From positions 12,276,001 through 12,340,000 of the forward strand of contig OX597825.1 of assembly GCA_951406725.2 (NCBI GenBank): 64,000 nucleotides of DNA. Reading direction: 5' to 3'. The notes beneath the pieces are model-generated. The model saw only the letters and a list, made by a program, of their open reading frames with translations, had not been told where the DNA came from and did no database searches. Below, one piece after another: positions 42,432-57,510 of this stretch. Position numbers and translations under genes: made by a program. This DNA is from Octopus vulgaris (Eukaryota). Each line of letters starts with the position of its first letter. Position 1 is the first letter of the stretch.

Positions 42432-42457
42432 TGATAATAATAATGATAATAATAATA
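42251..42457. repeat. (AAT)n microsatellite
   Basis: Seen directly. Confidence 0.96.
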
Positions 42458-42914
42458 GCGGTCCATGATATGGTTGAGTATCGTATTTATTATGAAATAT
42501 TTACGGTAAAATATTGAGCGTAATTATAATTATAATAAAAAAAAGAATAACACATATTTCCATATTAATATCTAATAATGACACTGATATCCGTATTAAT
42601 TATAATGTCTACAATGGTGGTGATGATAATGATGCGGAGGAGGAGGAGGAGGAGGAAAAGGAGGAAGAGGAGGTAGAGGAACAAAAATAAAAGGAGGAAG
42701 ACATCGATGAACCTGGGAATTTTTTCTCCTTCTGTGATTCAATACCAATTGCTAAACGCCAGCAGTTATTGACTATATTATCATCTAATTGCTGTTCTCT
42801 CGCTTCTAATCATAAGTACAGATGCAACCGAAAGTTGGACACTATGTTAGGAAATCTTTATGCATTTACAGCCTTTACTGCACAGTCTTGTTGAGAGTAT
42901 GGATGATGTAATCA

Positions 42915-43511
42915 TGCGGCCTTAAATATGGTTTCTGATTACAAATATCTTGGGTCACACATATCATCATCTGGAAAAGACTTTCTAACTAGAAAGGGTA
43001 TGGCCTGATCAGCCTGTAATAACATGCATAAGATCTCGTCATCAAATCTAAGTAGAGACTTCAAACTTGAAATCTTCAAAGCCACAGTCGAACCAATTCT
43101 ACTATATGGCTCAGAAACCTGGACGTTATCAAAGAAGCTTGAGAGGCGGTTGGATGGAACTTACACTCGCCTCCTTATGAGAGCTCAAAATCTCTCGTGG
43201 AGGCGCCATCCAACCAAAATGCAAATATATGGGAAACTACCACCTGTGTCATCTCTTGTGAAAGGTAAGAGAGTCCAGTTTGCTGGACATTGTTGTAGAG
43301 CTGAAAAAGAAGTAATTTCTACACTTCTCCTCTGGAAGCCATCTACTCGCAATATCAGAGGGCGCACACTATCCTATCCTGATGTAATCTCCAGGGATAC
43401 AGGCATCCAGCAACAGGACTTCCGTAATGCCATGATGGACCGTGAAGTCTGGCGTAGCATGGTAAATTCCATTGTCTCGACCACGGTCGAACAATGATGA
43501 TGATGATGATG
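42915..43511 (+). mobile_element. RTE-type LINE 3' fragment with (TGA)n tail
   Basis: DYKYLGS, VEPILLYGSETWTL, RLDGTYTRLL, FAGHCCR and AMMDREVWR; the ORF stop runs into (TGA)n. Confidence 0.92.
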
Positions 43512-43559
43512 CACAATCTTAACACGCTGAAAATTGGACACCGTGTCTCAGCATGTAAG

Positions 43560-43942
43560 TTACTACTCTTTTTACTATTTTACTTGTTTCAGTCATTTTA
43601 CTGCGACCATGCTGGAGCACCGCCTTTAGTCGAGCAAAATCGACTCCCAGGACTTATTCTTTGTAAGCCTAGTGCTTATTCTTTCGGTCTCTCTGGCCGA
43701 ACTGCTAAGTTACGGGAGCGTAAGCACACCGGGGACAAACACAGACACAAGCACATATAAATATACATATATATATACGACGGGCTTCTTTCAGTTTCCG
43801 TCTACAAAATCCACTCACAAGGCTTTGGTCGGCCCGAGGCTATAATAGAATACACTTCTCTAAGGTGCCACGCAGTTGGACTGAACCCGGAACTATATGG
43901 TTGGTAAGCAATCTTCTTACCACACAGCTACTCCTGCGCCTA
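43560..43942 (-). mobile_element. SINE family A copy
   Basis: Reverse complement of 61012-61430 with a small internal deletion. Confidence 0.92.
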
Positions 43943-44107
43943 TAACTACTCCTAGAATAGGATTTCTGGTAAAACACACCCGTAATGGAAAGCCTACGGA
44001 TGCCAATCGCACAACCCTATTCTGCAAATTAGATAAAGGAAATAAGAATATAATGATTATCTTCCGTATTGTCAGATAATTCTTGTTAGTGGGTATTACT
44101 AAGAACC

Positions 44108-44428
44108 CGGCACTTCATCGTTTACGAAGACGAGTGGGTCAGTTGATCGGATCAATGGAACAGCCTGCTCTTGAAATTAATGTACAAGTGTCTGAGCACT
44201 CTACAGATACGTATACTTTTAATGTAATTCTGAGGGAGACTCAGAAAGACATGGAATGGGAAAAGGCTGGCCATTTGCAATAGAGGTACAGCTCAATTTT
44301 GTCTGCTGAATGCACAGGGGCAACATAGAATAAAGCCTTTTGTCCAAGGATACAATGCAACTCCATCAGTCGAACGCACGATCTTACGATCGGGAGCCGA
44401 ATACCCTAACTGCTAACCTACCATCTCT
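44108..44428 (-). mobile_element. Decayed SINE with a Meta-like 5' part and a family C 3' part
   Basis: 44130-44280 aligns with 35915-36070; 44290-44360 resembles 39355-39425. Confidence 0.7.
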
Positions 44429-44440
44429 TTCAATTTAATG

Positions 44441-45448
44441 TACAGGAGTTGGACAAGATAATGAAAACACATTAAAATTTCAAATAGATCTATTTTGATA
44501 TGGGGTAGAACAACATTTGGCAGTAATCACAGCTTGAATTCTACGAGGTATGGACTCGTACAAAGTTTGTGTTGTTTCCAAAGGAATTTTTGTCCATTTT
44601 TCACCTAAAAGAGTCTCCAGTTCTTGTAGTGATGAAGGTGGAGGATATCGACTCCTTGTTTTTCTAAAGTGCACCATAAATATTCAAAAATATTGTGATC
44701 TGGGGACTGTGGTGGCCAGATAAGATGTTCAACTTCACTAGAATATTCCTCGTGCTATTCAGTAACAACTTTAGCTGTGTGAATTGGTGCATTATCTTAC
44801 TGAAAGGCTGCGTTTCCCTCCGGAAACAGTTTCGCAACAATAGGATGAATTTGATTAGATAAAATGCATGCTTAAATAGTCTTGACTATTAATTATGGCG
44901 TGAAGGGAAACCATTGGACCGGCGGATTTCCAAGATATAGCCCTCCAGATCATCACATATCCTCCTCCATGTTTAACAGTTCTTTTGGCTGTCTCCACAC
45001 GTACACTCCGCCGGTGGTCGGAAAAAAGGCAAAGGAAGACTCGAGCGAGAAAATAACATTCTTCCACTGCTCTAGGGACCAATTCTGTAGGATTTTACTC
45101 CACTCTAAACGTTTTGCAACGTTTATTTTTTCAAATTAGTGGTTTTCCGATTGCGACCCTCCCAATAAATCCGGCTTTGTGCAGCTCCCGGCGAACGGTT
45201 TTTTTTTTGCGGAAACTGAGTTCTCGACGACGTCATTAAGCTCTACATTAATTTTGGGAGCAGTACTTTTGTGATCCTTTCTAACAATTCGCGTAAGTGT
45301 CGGACGATCCCTACCTGAAACTGTTGGTTTTCTTCCGGATTTTTGTTTCGACAAGGAGGTTTTTTTCCCCCTCTTTCTCAAAGGCTGTCATTACTTTCGA
45401 GACAGTACCTCTTGATACACCAAACATTTCGGCTGTTTTCGTTGCGCT
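44441..45448 (-). mobile_element. Tc1-like transposon, 5'-truncated and decayed
   Basis: TIR-like end TA|caggagttggacaagataatg. Motifs SGRKP, WKNVIFS.ESSF, TVKHGGGYVMIW, DNAPIHTAK and WPPQSPDHNIFEYLW. Confidence 0.93.
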
Positions 45449-45900
45449 ATTTCGTTCTATATCGTATTTCACATACAATAATATACAATAAATACCGAAG
45501 AAAGAAATATTTGAAAAGTATTTCTGAAGTCAGTAAATGCCGTTAGGTTATGACATAAGAGTAAGATAAAATCGAGGGAATATAATTAGAGAAACATAAT
45601 ACCAGATCTTACAGTCCCTTTAAATAATCACTTGAAAGCAATTCATTATGAAAATGGTAAACACGTTAATGTATCTTCTCATGCAGCCTTATTGAATACA
45701 TAAACTGCATCATAATGATCTACAACGAATTATTAATATGCTTTCCCAAATCTCTTTACATTAAATCGTTAAACTTAGCAAATAGTTTTATATATAGCGG
45801 TTCTGTAATGGATTACATTTGACTTTTGTTAGTGTAATGGTTGCCGGACTAAAAGGTTCGTTTCCGAACCATGAAGTTTCTCTTTCTATCCTATTGCGCA

Positions 45901-46167
45901 GTTTCAGTTATTTGACTGTGGCCATGCTGGAACATCGCATTTAGTCAAGCAAATCGACCGCAGGACTTATTCTTTGTAAGTCTAGTTACTTTTTCTATCG
46001 GTTAATTTTGCCGAACCGCTAAGTGTATTTTTTTGTTTATTGACTGTGGCTATGCTGGAAAATCGCATTTAGTCAAGCAAATCGACAGCAGGACTTATTC
46101 TTTGTAAGTCTAGTATTTATTCTATCGGTCTCTTTTGCCGAACCGCTAGGTGTATTTTTTTTGTTTT
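45901..46167 (-). repeat. Tandem duplication (~129 bp x2) of a SINE family A 3' segment
   Basis: ttgactgtggc..atgctgga...gccgaaccgcta.gtgtattttttt is repeated. Confidence 0.88.
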
Positions 46168-47221
46168 TTAATTTTTGTTTCTTTTTCTCAGGTTTCGTTT
46201 TGCCTAATGCATTGACAATTGAATCTAATAAGTTGTGAAAATGTCCGTCGAATTGTCTTCTGGGACAAAAGAAATAATTTTTTGTTGCTTCACTCCACTC
46301 AGTTGCAAATGAGTAAATCTACAATGGATTGGCGTCCCGTTGGTGAGATGGAGTGCTGCGATCTCGGTCACTCATATAAACCAGAAAAACCGTATATCGA
46401 CCCAAGGGCAATGTTCATAGTGATGATGATAACGATGATGATGGTAACTATATCCCCACGGGAAAACAAAACCAAAACCTCTTCGAATCAAGCCTTGGAA
46501 ATCTTACAGCAGAAAATTTAACTTGGTAGTATTTATTCAATTAATAAAAATTGTTATGGAGTATTTAATTATTTTCCATTGCGTAATTCATATGTTTATT
46601 GCTGTTGAAGGGGAGAAACAGAATTTGGTGCAAGAGCTGTTAAAGAATATGTAATTAACAAAGCCTGCAATTAGTAAAGGCAAAGCTATAAAGACTGTGC
46701 GGTCTGTTGCAGAGTTAACAATTAATGGCGTTGTTCTCTCCCTAGATCTCGTACATTTTAATTAAAGCGAACGATCTGAAAATTGTTTATGTAATAGCGG
46801 AGACTAATGCAGAATTACACTCAAAACTATCTTTTAAAACACTGAAAAAATACAAGAAATAATGCCATCAGCTTTCATACAGTTTTATCAAGGCATAAGC
46901 AGAACCAATAGTTGCAATCAATTTAACATTTTACTCTTCCCCACTAAAAGAAGTTCCGATGATCCCAATCAACTTATATCTTCCAAGGTAATTAGATTAA
47001 GATCCATTTACCCTTTATATCTAAAATTCCAGAATCCGTTTGCCATGTCTTCAGCTTTACCGAACCATTGTAAAAGAAATTTGCAAGACACAGTCTATAG
47101 AAGCCTGTTTCAGTTTTCAGTATTCAGGGTTAATACGGTACCCTGTTGTTATAGAAGTACCACTAAGTCCTTGTGTCATTGTACTGGCAGTCATAGTAAC
47201 ATGCCTGCGTATCCACACTTT

Positions 47222-47222
47222 C

Positions 47223-47285
<63 letters not shown>

Positions 47286-47294
47286 CATCTATCC

Positions 47295-47337
<43 letters not shown>

Positions 47338-47347
47338 CATCCATCCA

Positions 47348-47426
<79 letters not shown>

Positions 47427-47518
47427 ATCCATCCATCCATCCATCCATCTATCTATCTCTCTATCCATCCGTCCTTCCATCCATCCATACATCCATCCAT
47501 ACACCCATCCATCCGTCC

Positions 47519-47590
<72 letters not shown>
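47222..47590. repeat. (ATCT)n/(ATCC)n/(CT)n/(TA)n/(GTCT)n compound tract
   Basis: Seen directly. Confidence 0.96.
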
Positions 47591-47835
47591 CTTTTGCAGA
47601 AGCGTTAAGTTGCTGGGTTGCAAACAAACAAGTACCGGGGAACAAGCAGTGTGAATAGACGCGTGCGTACATACACACATACACACAGACATGTATATAT
47701 ACAACTGGCTGCTACACAGCTCCAGCCTACCAGATTCACTCAACCTATTGGTCGAACGGAGCCATACTAAAAAAAAATCCCAATATTCCGCGCAGCGGGA
47801 CTGAATCCAAAACGATGTAGTTGCAATGCAAGCTC
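47590..47835 (-). mobile_element. Decayed SINE family A fragment
   Basis: cttttgcaga..gttaagtt...ctaccagattcactca...cgcagcgggactgaatcc. Confidence 0.65.
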
Positions 47836-47860
47836 CTAGCCAGATAAGGAGACCTTATAG

Positions 47861-47900
47861 ATGATAATGACGATGACGATGATAGTGATGGTGATGATGG

Positions 47901-47954
<54 letters not shown>

Positions 47955-48152
47955 GGATGATGATGATGATGAGGATGATGTTGATGATGACGATGATGAC
48001 GATGATGATGATGGTGACGATGGTGATGATGGTGATGATGATGGTGATGATGATGCTGATGATGATGATGATGATGACGACGAGGATGACGATGATGACG
48101 ATGACGATGACGATGATGGTGATGGTGATGATGGTGATGATGGTGATGATGG

Positions 48153-48205
<53 letters not shown>

Positions 48206-48224
48206 GTGATGATGGTGATGATGG

Positions 48225-48259
<35 letters not shown>

Positions 48260-48421
48260 TTGATGATGATGTTGATGATGATGAGGATGATGATGGTGAT
48301 GATGATGATGATGATGACGATGACGATGATGATGATGATAACGATGATGATTACGATGACGATGATGATGACGATGACGATGGTGACGATGACGGTGACG
48401 ATGGCGATGATGATGATGATG

Positions 48422-48453
<32 letters not shown>

Positions 48454-48525
48454 CATGATGAGGACGATGACGATGACGATGATGATGATGGTGATGATGG
48501 TAATGATGATGATAATGATGATGGT
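47861..48525. repeat. Long imperfect (GAT)n tract
   Basis: About 660 bp in one phase, with GGT/GAC/GAG variants. Confidence 0.97.
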
Positions 48526-50427
48526 GGAAGTTATGGTGGAGTGGATAGTCTCCTGTAGTCTGAGAAAGACGGTTCTACTAATTCTCTAAAGTATGTATTT
48601 AATATTCGACGAACTTATCGATCCACATGCAGAGTAGATGTTCGTTGCGCAATATCACTCATACTAGAATCGAACATGTACCCACATGGACCATAGAGAA
48701 GTACTTAACTATGCAAAGAAATGTAAATAGGTAGAATATTGGACTGGATTTCAAACTAACCTTAGAATTTTTTTTTTTTCAAATGAGTTTCGCTCAACAA
48801 CCATGAAAATCAATAACAAAACGTTAAATGAGAATTCATTTGTTTTCAAATTTTGAAAGCTCGGCCATAATGAAATTATCCCATCCAGGTCGGAATGTGG
48901 TTATTCATTTTTTAAAAATTTCCGAGTAAAATGTATGTATGCTCTCCATCCGCCAAATACATTTCTCTGGAGGCTAATATTCTAAGATTTATTTAATTCA
49001 CGACATGCTTATGTACCTTGAACGATCTACAGCTAAAAGGTAAATTAATGAATTATTATATTATCAAGAAGTATCTTTTTAGAGGAGGTATTTTAACTGT
49101 ACAGTTTATGTTTCATGCAAGCCATCACTAGTTCCATAAACGAAGTAAATTGAGAGTTGCAACTGTTTGTCTTTCACTCAACCAGAATAATCTCACTTAA
49201 CAGAATATTTTATCTCAAATAAAAATGTTTTGTTGGGACATAGAGAAGGAACAAAATCTGTCACAAATAAAATCTATCGATGTCATAAAATGGTATGGGA
49301 AGTAAACAGCTGGAACGACATTATAACAAGAAAAATGTTTGATTAAGGCTAAGCTTTTAGTAATCACGAAAAGCGTCCTCTACTCATTTGGAAGGAAAAC
49401 CTCATAAAATTTGGATCAGGCAAACATGTTCCTCCCCGGTTTATTTGTATGTGCACTGCAGCCATCAACATGCAAGTGTTTAATTTGTAATAAACTGTCG
49501 ACATATATGGATCCCATGTATCCGTTACTGTTTGATTTATGAATGAAATTTCACATGTTTTTTAAAATTCCTTAATATGATGATGGGAAAAGAAGCACAT
49601 CGGTGATGTTCTTTCAATTTAACTACATTGAAATACTCCGTACGGAAAACTCTGATGTCATTTTATATTATTTCTAAAGCTAAATGCAAAACATATGAAA
49701 TTTAAGTTTATAAGATGTGACTCAGAATATAGATTTATATGTTAATAACTTTAATTGCACAGCATATTTCCATGTTAGTTTTACTATAAATATCAGAGTA
49801 AGACAGCTTGTTTGACCACTGAGCATAATTTCAAAGCAAACAAATGTAATTGAAGTTATATGGATTGGATAAAATCTAACCATGATTGTACAATCTCTAC
49901 AAATATACGAGTGAAAGCATTCATGATATAATCGTTCATTATGACTCATCTCATGCAACTCTTTTGGAAACATAATCTATTCTATAATTCTACAATAATA
50001 TATAATCTGAATACTCACTGCGATGAATCCATGGTTTTATGAAAAAAATGTGATTTGCTTTATTGATTTCCGGAATAGGCGCTACAAATAATTTTATAAC
50101 CTTATGTATATGTGTTTCTCCTTTTCTCCGCACTGCATTTAAACTGAACCAACAAGTGGTCCCTTATGCACACGCTCAAATAGCAAGAAATGGCAGCAAT
50201 ATCAATCTGCAAATTGCGCCGTATCAAGGTTTTTGACGAAGAAATACCCTTCATCTCAGTAATGACTTATCTATCACTTCAGAACAACAGACACGATGAT
50301 TTACACTTTATCAATTCCTCAATAAAATAATTAATGTACCCGATGTTTCTATGTTATAAAAATTTCCGAAGATAAATGAAACTCTTCGTGCATCAGATGG
50401 TAACTTTTTTTAGCTCTATGGATGGAT

Positions 50428-50461
<34 letters not shown>

Positions 50462-50463
<2 letters not shown>

Positions 50464-50573
50464 TTGTAGGTTACTGAGGAATAAACACACTAACACGGGT
50501 TGACAAGTGGTGATTGGTGCGAAATAGAGACAAAAAATACGCATAGATATACACACACAGACACACACACACC

Positions 50574-50643
<70 letters not shown>

Positions 50644-50825
50644 TATATATACACTCATAAATACGACGGAATTCTCTCAGTTTCTGTCTGTCAAATTCAC
50701 AAATTCACTCAGAGAGCTTTCTACATTAGCAAGTACTTAACAAGTGTGCCACGCAGTGGGACTGAACCCGGAACCATGTGGTTGTGAAACAAGCTTCTTA
50801 CCACACAACTACACGTATAGACGCA
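50462..50825 (-). mobile_element. SINE family A partial copy
   Basis: gtgccacgcagtgggactgaacccggaaccatgtggttg head plus an internal (TA)n. Confidence 0.8.
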
Positions 50826-51037
50826 CACAAATGACGAAAGTGCTAAGAATGTTACGTATGCACATATTTCTAAAACACTTCGTTTGGTAACCTTCTATTT
50901 CATAATAACGTGCATGTTTTCATGTTTGAATATTTATTTAATAACCAGAAAGATTACACCAATGGTGTTGAAAGCCGATACACGCTATAAATTTATACAC
51001 AAAACTTTATTTCAAGCAATGTCCATAAAATATATAT

Positions 51038-51523
<486 letters not shown>

Positions 51524-52590
51524 TTTGATTTCTTTAAGAAAGAAGGCTGTTCTGTAGATGTTTCTGTACAAGATTGAACGTTATATAACATTTTGCGATG
51601 AATTGTATATATTTCCCAAGTGTAAAATATAGAACTAGATTTATCCGCATTTATTGTATATAACTCCCTTTTGGTGAAGCATAACTCCAGGAGGAATAAG
51701 AGCAAAACAGGAAGGAAAGCGACAGAACAGATAACAAAGTCGACAAATGCAATGAAATTCGAATTTTTAGATAATATATGAATCTGAAACATTTTGCCGA
51801 AAGATATATTATAGTTGCATATATTTATATAAGGCGCCATCATGGTTGAAAATTATCTAAATTTGTCATAAATACTTAGCGAAATTTATGAAATATTGGA
51901 AGCACTCATGCAAATCAATCATATATCTCGAAGTATGGGGAAGCCCCCCCCCCCCCCGAGCCAACGCACACAAGCACATTCACATGTATATAGGTATAAA
52001 TATAAATTCGTATAAATACTCATTATATATATGTGTGTGTGTGTGTGAGTGCGTTTACGTGTATGCCTCTATGTGTCCACCGAACACAGAAAGTTATCAT
52101 AGGCAAAACAAATATTTCATACATACGTGTGTGTTTCCTAATTCATTGAAGCCAGGCTTGCTACAAAACTCCATGACTAACAGAGCAGAAAATATTTAAT
52201 AAGTCGCGAATTAAGTAAACAGATAGAGAATTCACTGTTCGGTTGATATATTTGCATTCCGAAGAGCAGACGTTATCTGACTTTATATTTCAACAATGTG
52301 CTGGAAGCAGCATTGATAAGCAATTAGCAATGGATACGAAATTAAACGTTCTCTTATTTCGTCGCATATTCTTCCAATGGAACGAGAAATATTTTGGTTT
52401 CTGTGTTAACAATCAATTAAGATACAAATAACACGCGTATATGACTATTACACAGACATACGTTGGTGTTCATATGCAAATATTTTTATATATATAATCC
52501 TGCCAATATAAAGAAATAATTATCTCCCCTGTATTGAAAGTCTGCTTATATAATCACGTTTGTGGCAATGTATGTGCGTATGTATGTATG

Positions 52591-52669
<79 letters not shown>

Positions 52670-52920
52670 ATAAATAACAAAATGAAATACGCCTACACAG
52701 CCATGCACGCACACATATGCGCACACACACACTCTCGCCCCAAGACCGTCTGCGTGCAGAAGGCGTATGTGGGAGGCACCAACAGGCGCACACACGTACT
52801 CACAAACATAACCATTAAAAATTAACAAAAACATTAGCACCGTTCTTCTTCTCACACCTCCTTCCATACGTATACCACATGGTTTTTAATTACATGAATT
52901 TATATATATATTTATACATA

Positions 52921-53347
52921 TACTGTTTTACTCTTTTACTTGTTTCAGTTTTTTTACTGTGGTCAGGCTAGAGCACCGCCTTTAGTCGAGCAAATCGACC
53001 CCAGAGCTTATTCTTTGTAAGCCTAGTACTTATTCTATCGGTCTCTTTTGCCGAACCGCTAAGTTACGGGGAAGTAAACACACGAGCATCGGTTGTCAAA
53101 CGATGTTGGGGGGGGGGGACAAACACAGACACACAAACATATAAACACACACATATATATATATATATATATACATATATACGACGGGATTCTTTCAGTC
53201 TCCCTCTACTCAATCCACTCACAAGGCTTTGGTGGGCCCGAGGCTATAATAAAGGACACTTGCCCAAGGTGCCACGCTGTGGGACTGAACCCGGAACCAT
53301 GTGATTGGTAAGCAAGCTACGTACAACACAGCCACTTCTACGCCTGT
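52921..53347 (-). mobile_element. SINE family A full copy
   Basis: Aligns end to end with the reverse complement of 61012-61430. Confidence 0.92.
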
Positions 53348-53511
53348 ATGTTATAAATATTTTTTAAAATATTCATATGTAGCGATATGTATTAACACCT
53401 GTATACGTATTCTAAATCGAATTTATTACTGTATGAGTATGATTCCCTAATTTGAGCTTATATCTTAACTATACACAGAACCACACACACACACACACAC
53501 ACACATACACA

Positions 53512-53565
<54 letters not shown>

Positions 53566-54742
53566 CATACATACATATATATATGTGTGTGTGTATATGT
53601 GTCTGTGTGTGTGTATGTGTGGTGTTCAATAAGGAATTCTTGGAATCACACGAATCAGGAAATTAAATAGTAAAGCAACAATGTTGGATCGCTGATATCG
53701 TTAGCATGTGAAAACAATATTTGGAAACATTTACGTACTTATAAAATAAACTTGGATTCATTCCCCGGTTGTGTGTTCAATCACGAATGGTCGACTGCAT
53801 AGAGAACGAGGCGTCAAACCGCACATGGGCACAAAAATTATCGGTAGAATTTCGAGGAAAATCAATAAGACTTTGAATGGAGAAAAGTGTTTGAGAGAAT
53901 CATTCTCCAATGCATGGTTCCTAAATGGAGAGCCTGTAGGTTTCATACGGATAAGATATCTGGTACCTATCATGTATGTTAAACATACTGACGGAAATGG
54001 AAAAGTTTAATACTGACGTGAATTAATCTAATGAAAATGCTTCATTTTTCATGATATAATACTTCTAATGGATAAAAAAAAAACACGTCTGAAGCGGCTG
54101 TAGTGAACCACAATCCAACTGTTGTTATTTGTATATGTGTGTGTTTCTGTGTGAGTATGGATATGTGTGTGTAAATATTTATATGTATATATTTATATAT
54201 CTATACATTCGCACACATATTAAACAGGAAGGAACGGGGCATCAGCTTTTAACATCAGCGTGACATTAAGGCCGTGCACCGTCCACAGTTCTCATGTACA
54301 GTTAATCCTAAAGGATTTTGAAAGGTTCCGTCTATTCACATTCATTCACAATAATTGAGTGGACGACGTGGAGCCACTCGCTCATAAAGGCACTCACAAA
54401 CACACACTCACATACGCACACACACATAACGCACAGACTTGCACGGATACGCGCATACATACCAGAAGACACAGAGAAACACACAGATGCACACATACGT
54501 ACGCAGATGCAAGGAGAAACACGCAACGATACATATTACGGGGTATTACACTTAGCATCGTGATCTTTACAGGATTTCTGACTGTATGAAACGAAACAAC
54601 TTGGTGCAGTGCGTTGGGTGCTGACAATTTGGCGCTGTTGCCAGATACGGCACAAGAGGCAAACACACACACGCACATACCCGCAGCACACACGCGCTCA
54701 AATGCATACACGCACGAAGAAACATATTGACTAAGAAGAAAG

Positions 54743-54788
<46 letters not shown>

Positions 54789-55250
54789 GAATGAGAGCGT
54801 GGCATTATATTTTATTAAGTGAACACAACTGCCATGAACAATTTTTCCCATTTTCATACACACAAATGAATATGGGAATTTGTCCAAACACAAAAAAAAG
54901 CGGAAGGAAAAGAGGGAGAGGAGGAGGAGAAAAAGCTACAAGAGAAATATTTATAACGAGACAAACGTTAAAACTTTTGATTTTTAAGAAGTCATCGTCG
55001 GAACAGTGGCGCCAAATCGTGTCAGGCCAGTAAGGCAGCGCCACAGCGTATCATTGACAGTATATATATTTTAGTAGAAGCTAAAAATTCACGGATTGCA
55101 CACCCAACGTACGACGTTTCCAATTGCTGATTAACTTTAACGATATAACCTTGGAATTCGGAAATATTGAAGAATTTCAAGCTACAACTAATGTATGCTC
55201 GATTTGGTGTGTGTTTGTGTGTGTGTGTTGTGGGTGTATTTGTGTTTATA

Positions 55251-55313
<63 letters not shown>

Positions 55314-56863
55314 AACTTGCATAATTTATGTATCCTTGTATGCATACTGAATTTGAATATGGAATTTGCGATGCACAAGAACCTCAAATTCATTATTCAC
55401 ATGTTTGCCATAAAACGCAATGTGGAATCCTTCCTTAATTTTTTGGTTTTTGTTTTGTAGTAGACAAAAATAGCAGCTCCGACCGACCCCACCATCACGC
55501 GACGTAGTTCATTCATAAAAGAAATAAATAGATACATCTGCATAATATAAAAACCCAGATAGTGCTATCTTTGAAATTGGTGACTGCTGGTGTGTGTTCT
55601 TGATCAGAGATATAGTCTGTTAGTAATGCATATACGCTAAGCAACAACACCAACATCTGCCATGATGTACGTGATAGGTACTAGATATCTTGTCCGTATG
55701 TAACCTACAGGCTTTCCATTTAGGAACCATGCATTGGAGAATGATTCACTCAAACATCTTTTCCATTCAAAGTCTTATTGATTTTCTTCGAAATACAACC
55801 GAGAACAGTAAAAACATAAAAATGCCCAAACAACAGTATCAGCAAGCACAACACAAATATGCATGTGTATGTGTTTGGGTGAATGTGTACGAACATGTGT
55901 GTGTGTATGGATATAAAGATATATACATGTATATATATATGGATATAAAGATATAAAGTTTGGAAAGGAAAGAAATATTATACTGTGTTGAAAAAGTTGA
56001 AAGCTATATAAAATAATAAATGTGAGACTTATACTAACGTTGTAATGAGATTTATCATAATATAAACTACCGTAAATCAAAGAAAATCTGGCATTTTGCA
56101 AGTGAAACAGATGATGTATACTTCTGTAATAAATGCTAAATCACGATGAGACATAGGGGGAACAAGCCAGCAGCTATCAAGGTCAAAAAAGTAATACGTA
56201 TATTGTTACAGACGCATACGGATGTTTCTAGAAAGTGGGAAAGTGATAGTGAAAGTATGAAAGCAAGATTTACGGTATGTAAATGAAAAAACAAACACGA
56301 AACAATATGAAAGTGACAAATGAGAGAAATAAGAGAGAGAGAGAGAAAGAGAGAAACTAGAATTAAAGAGAGAGGGAGAGGCAGAGATAGAGAGAGGAAA
56401 ACAGTGAGCTAAGAAGATGAAAGTACTGAGCTTGATTATGTGACTGTCGGTATGTATGTGCGCATGCGTAAACATGCAGAACATACACGTACACATGATC
56501 TTCATACACAGACGTACACAGACGTGCTCACATATGTACATTTGCCAGATTCACAAGTGTCTCTTTTGCATCTACACCTCCCGGCTTCACCCTTTGTCAC
56601 ACACGCTCTAGTGACCTCTTACTACTTCCAGTCATTTCAGTATACGGAGACCGTTTAAGTAACACACATCTCTTAATATCTTGCTTCACTTTTATCTTTT
56701 GCCTATTCTTTATGCAGGACAGCGTATACTCGAAATGTATAAGAGTTCTCCTTCTGGCTTTCATTTGCGTAAAACTAGTACACTTCGTTGTTTCTTAAGT
56801 CTCATACGCTACATTTAAATTTTGCACAATATCTGTGTGTGCCTGTATGTATAACTATATATA

Positions 56864-56908
<45 letters not shown>

Positions 56909-56997
56909 ATATATATATAAATATATATATATATACATGTGTGTATATATATGTGTATATATATATATAAATATATATACACATGTGTGTATATATA

Positions 56998-57032
<35 letters not shown>

Positions 57033-57510
57033 GAGATAATGGTGTTATTGAGACCCAAAGTTGTCAGGTAGTGCTGAATAAGTGCTATAGACAAACCATA
57101 GTTAAGTCTAGCTATAAATGGTCTAATATCTACACAGCCTTGGTTTTTTTATATTATTAAGCAAAACATGTATATATATATAATAACAATTTAATAAATA
57201 AAACACATGCATACATACATACATATAAGTACATACCTACATCTATATGTATATATACATGCATATATGGGTACAGGACACCGCAAAAAACGTAGAACAC
57301 AACCAGAAACGAAAACATAAAAACAAAACCACGGAAACGGACTTTTTTAACAACGAAAAAACAGAGTACAAGACATAGAACACAAGGAACATTCCCCTTC
57401 TTCAGCTGCCCCTGTTTCGACTTATTGCGTGTTTCACATAACTACATATATTTACACGCTCATACATAATAAATACATGAAATATTTGTAAAGAGATCGC
57501 ATGCAAACAA

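Noticed and set aside
48621-48690. Imperfect ~70-nt hairpin as a miRNA candidate
   Set aside because: Short core pairing, a large loop, and no recognisable mature miRNA.
53771-54010. Kringle-like reading EFRG/KINKTLNGEKCLR as a host exon
   Set aside because: It needs a frameshift, lacks the conserved Trp and Cys spacing, and has no clear splice sites. A BLASTX would settle it.
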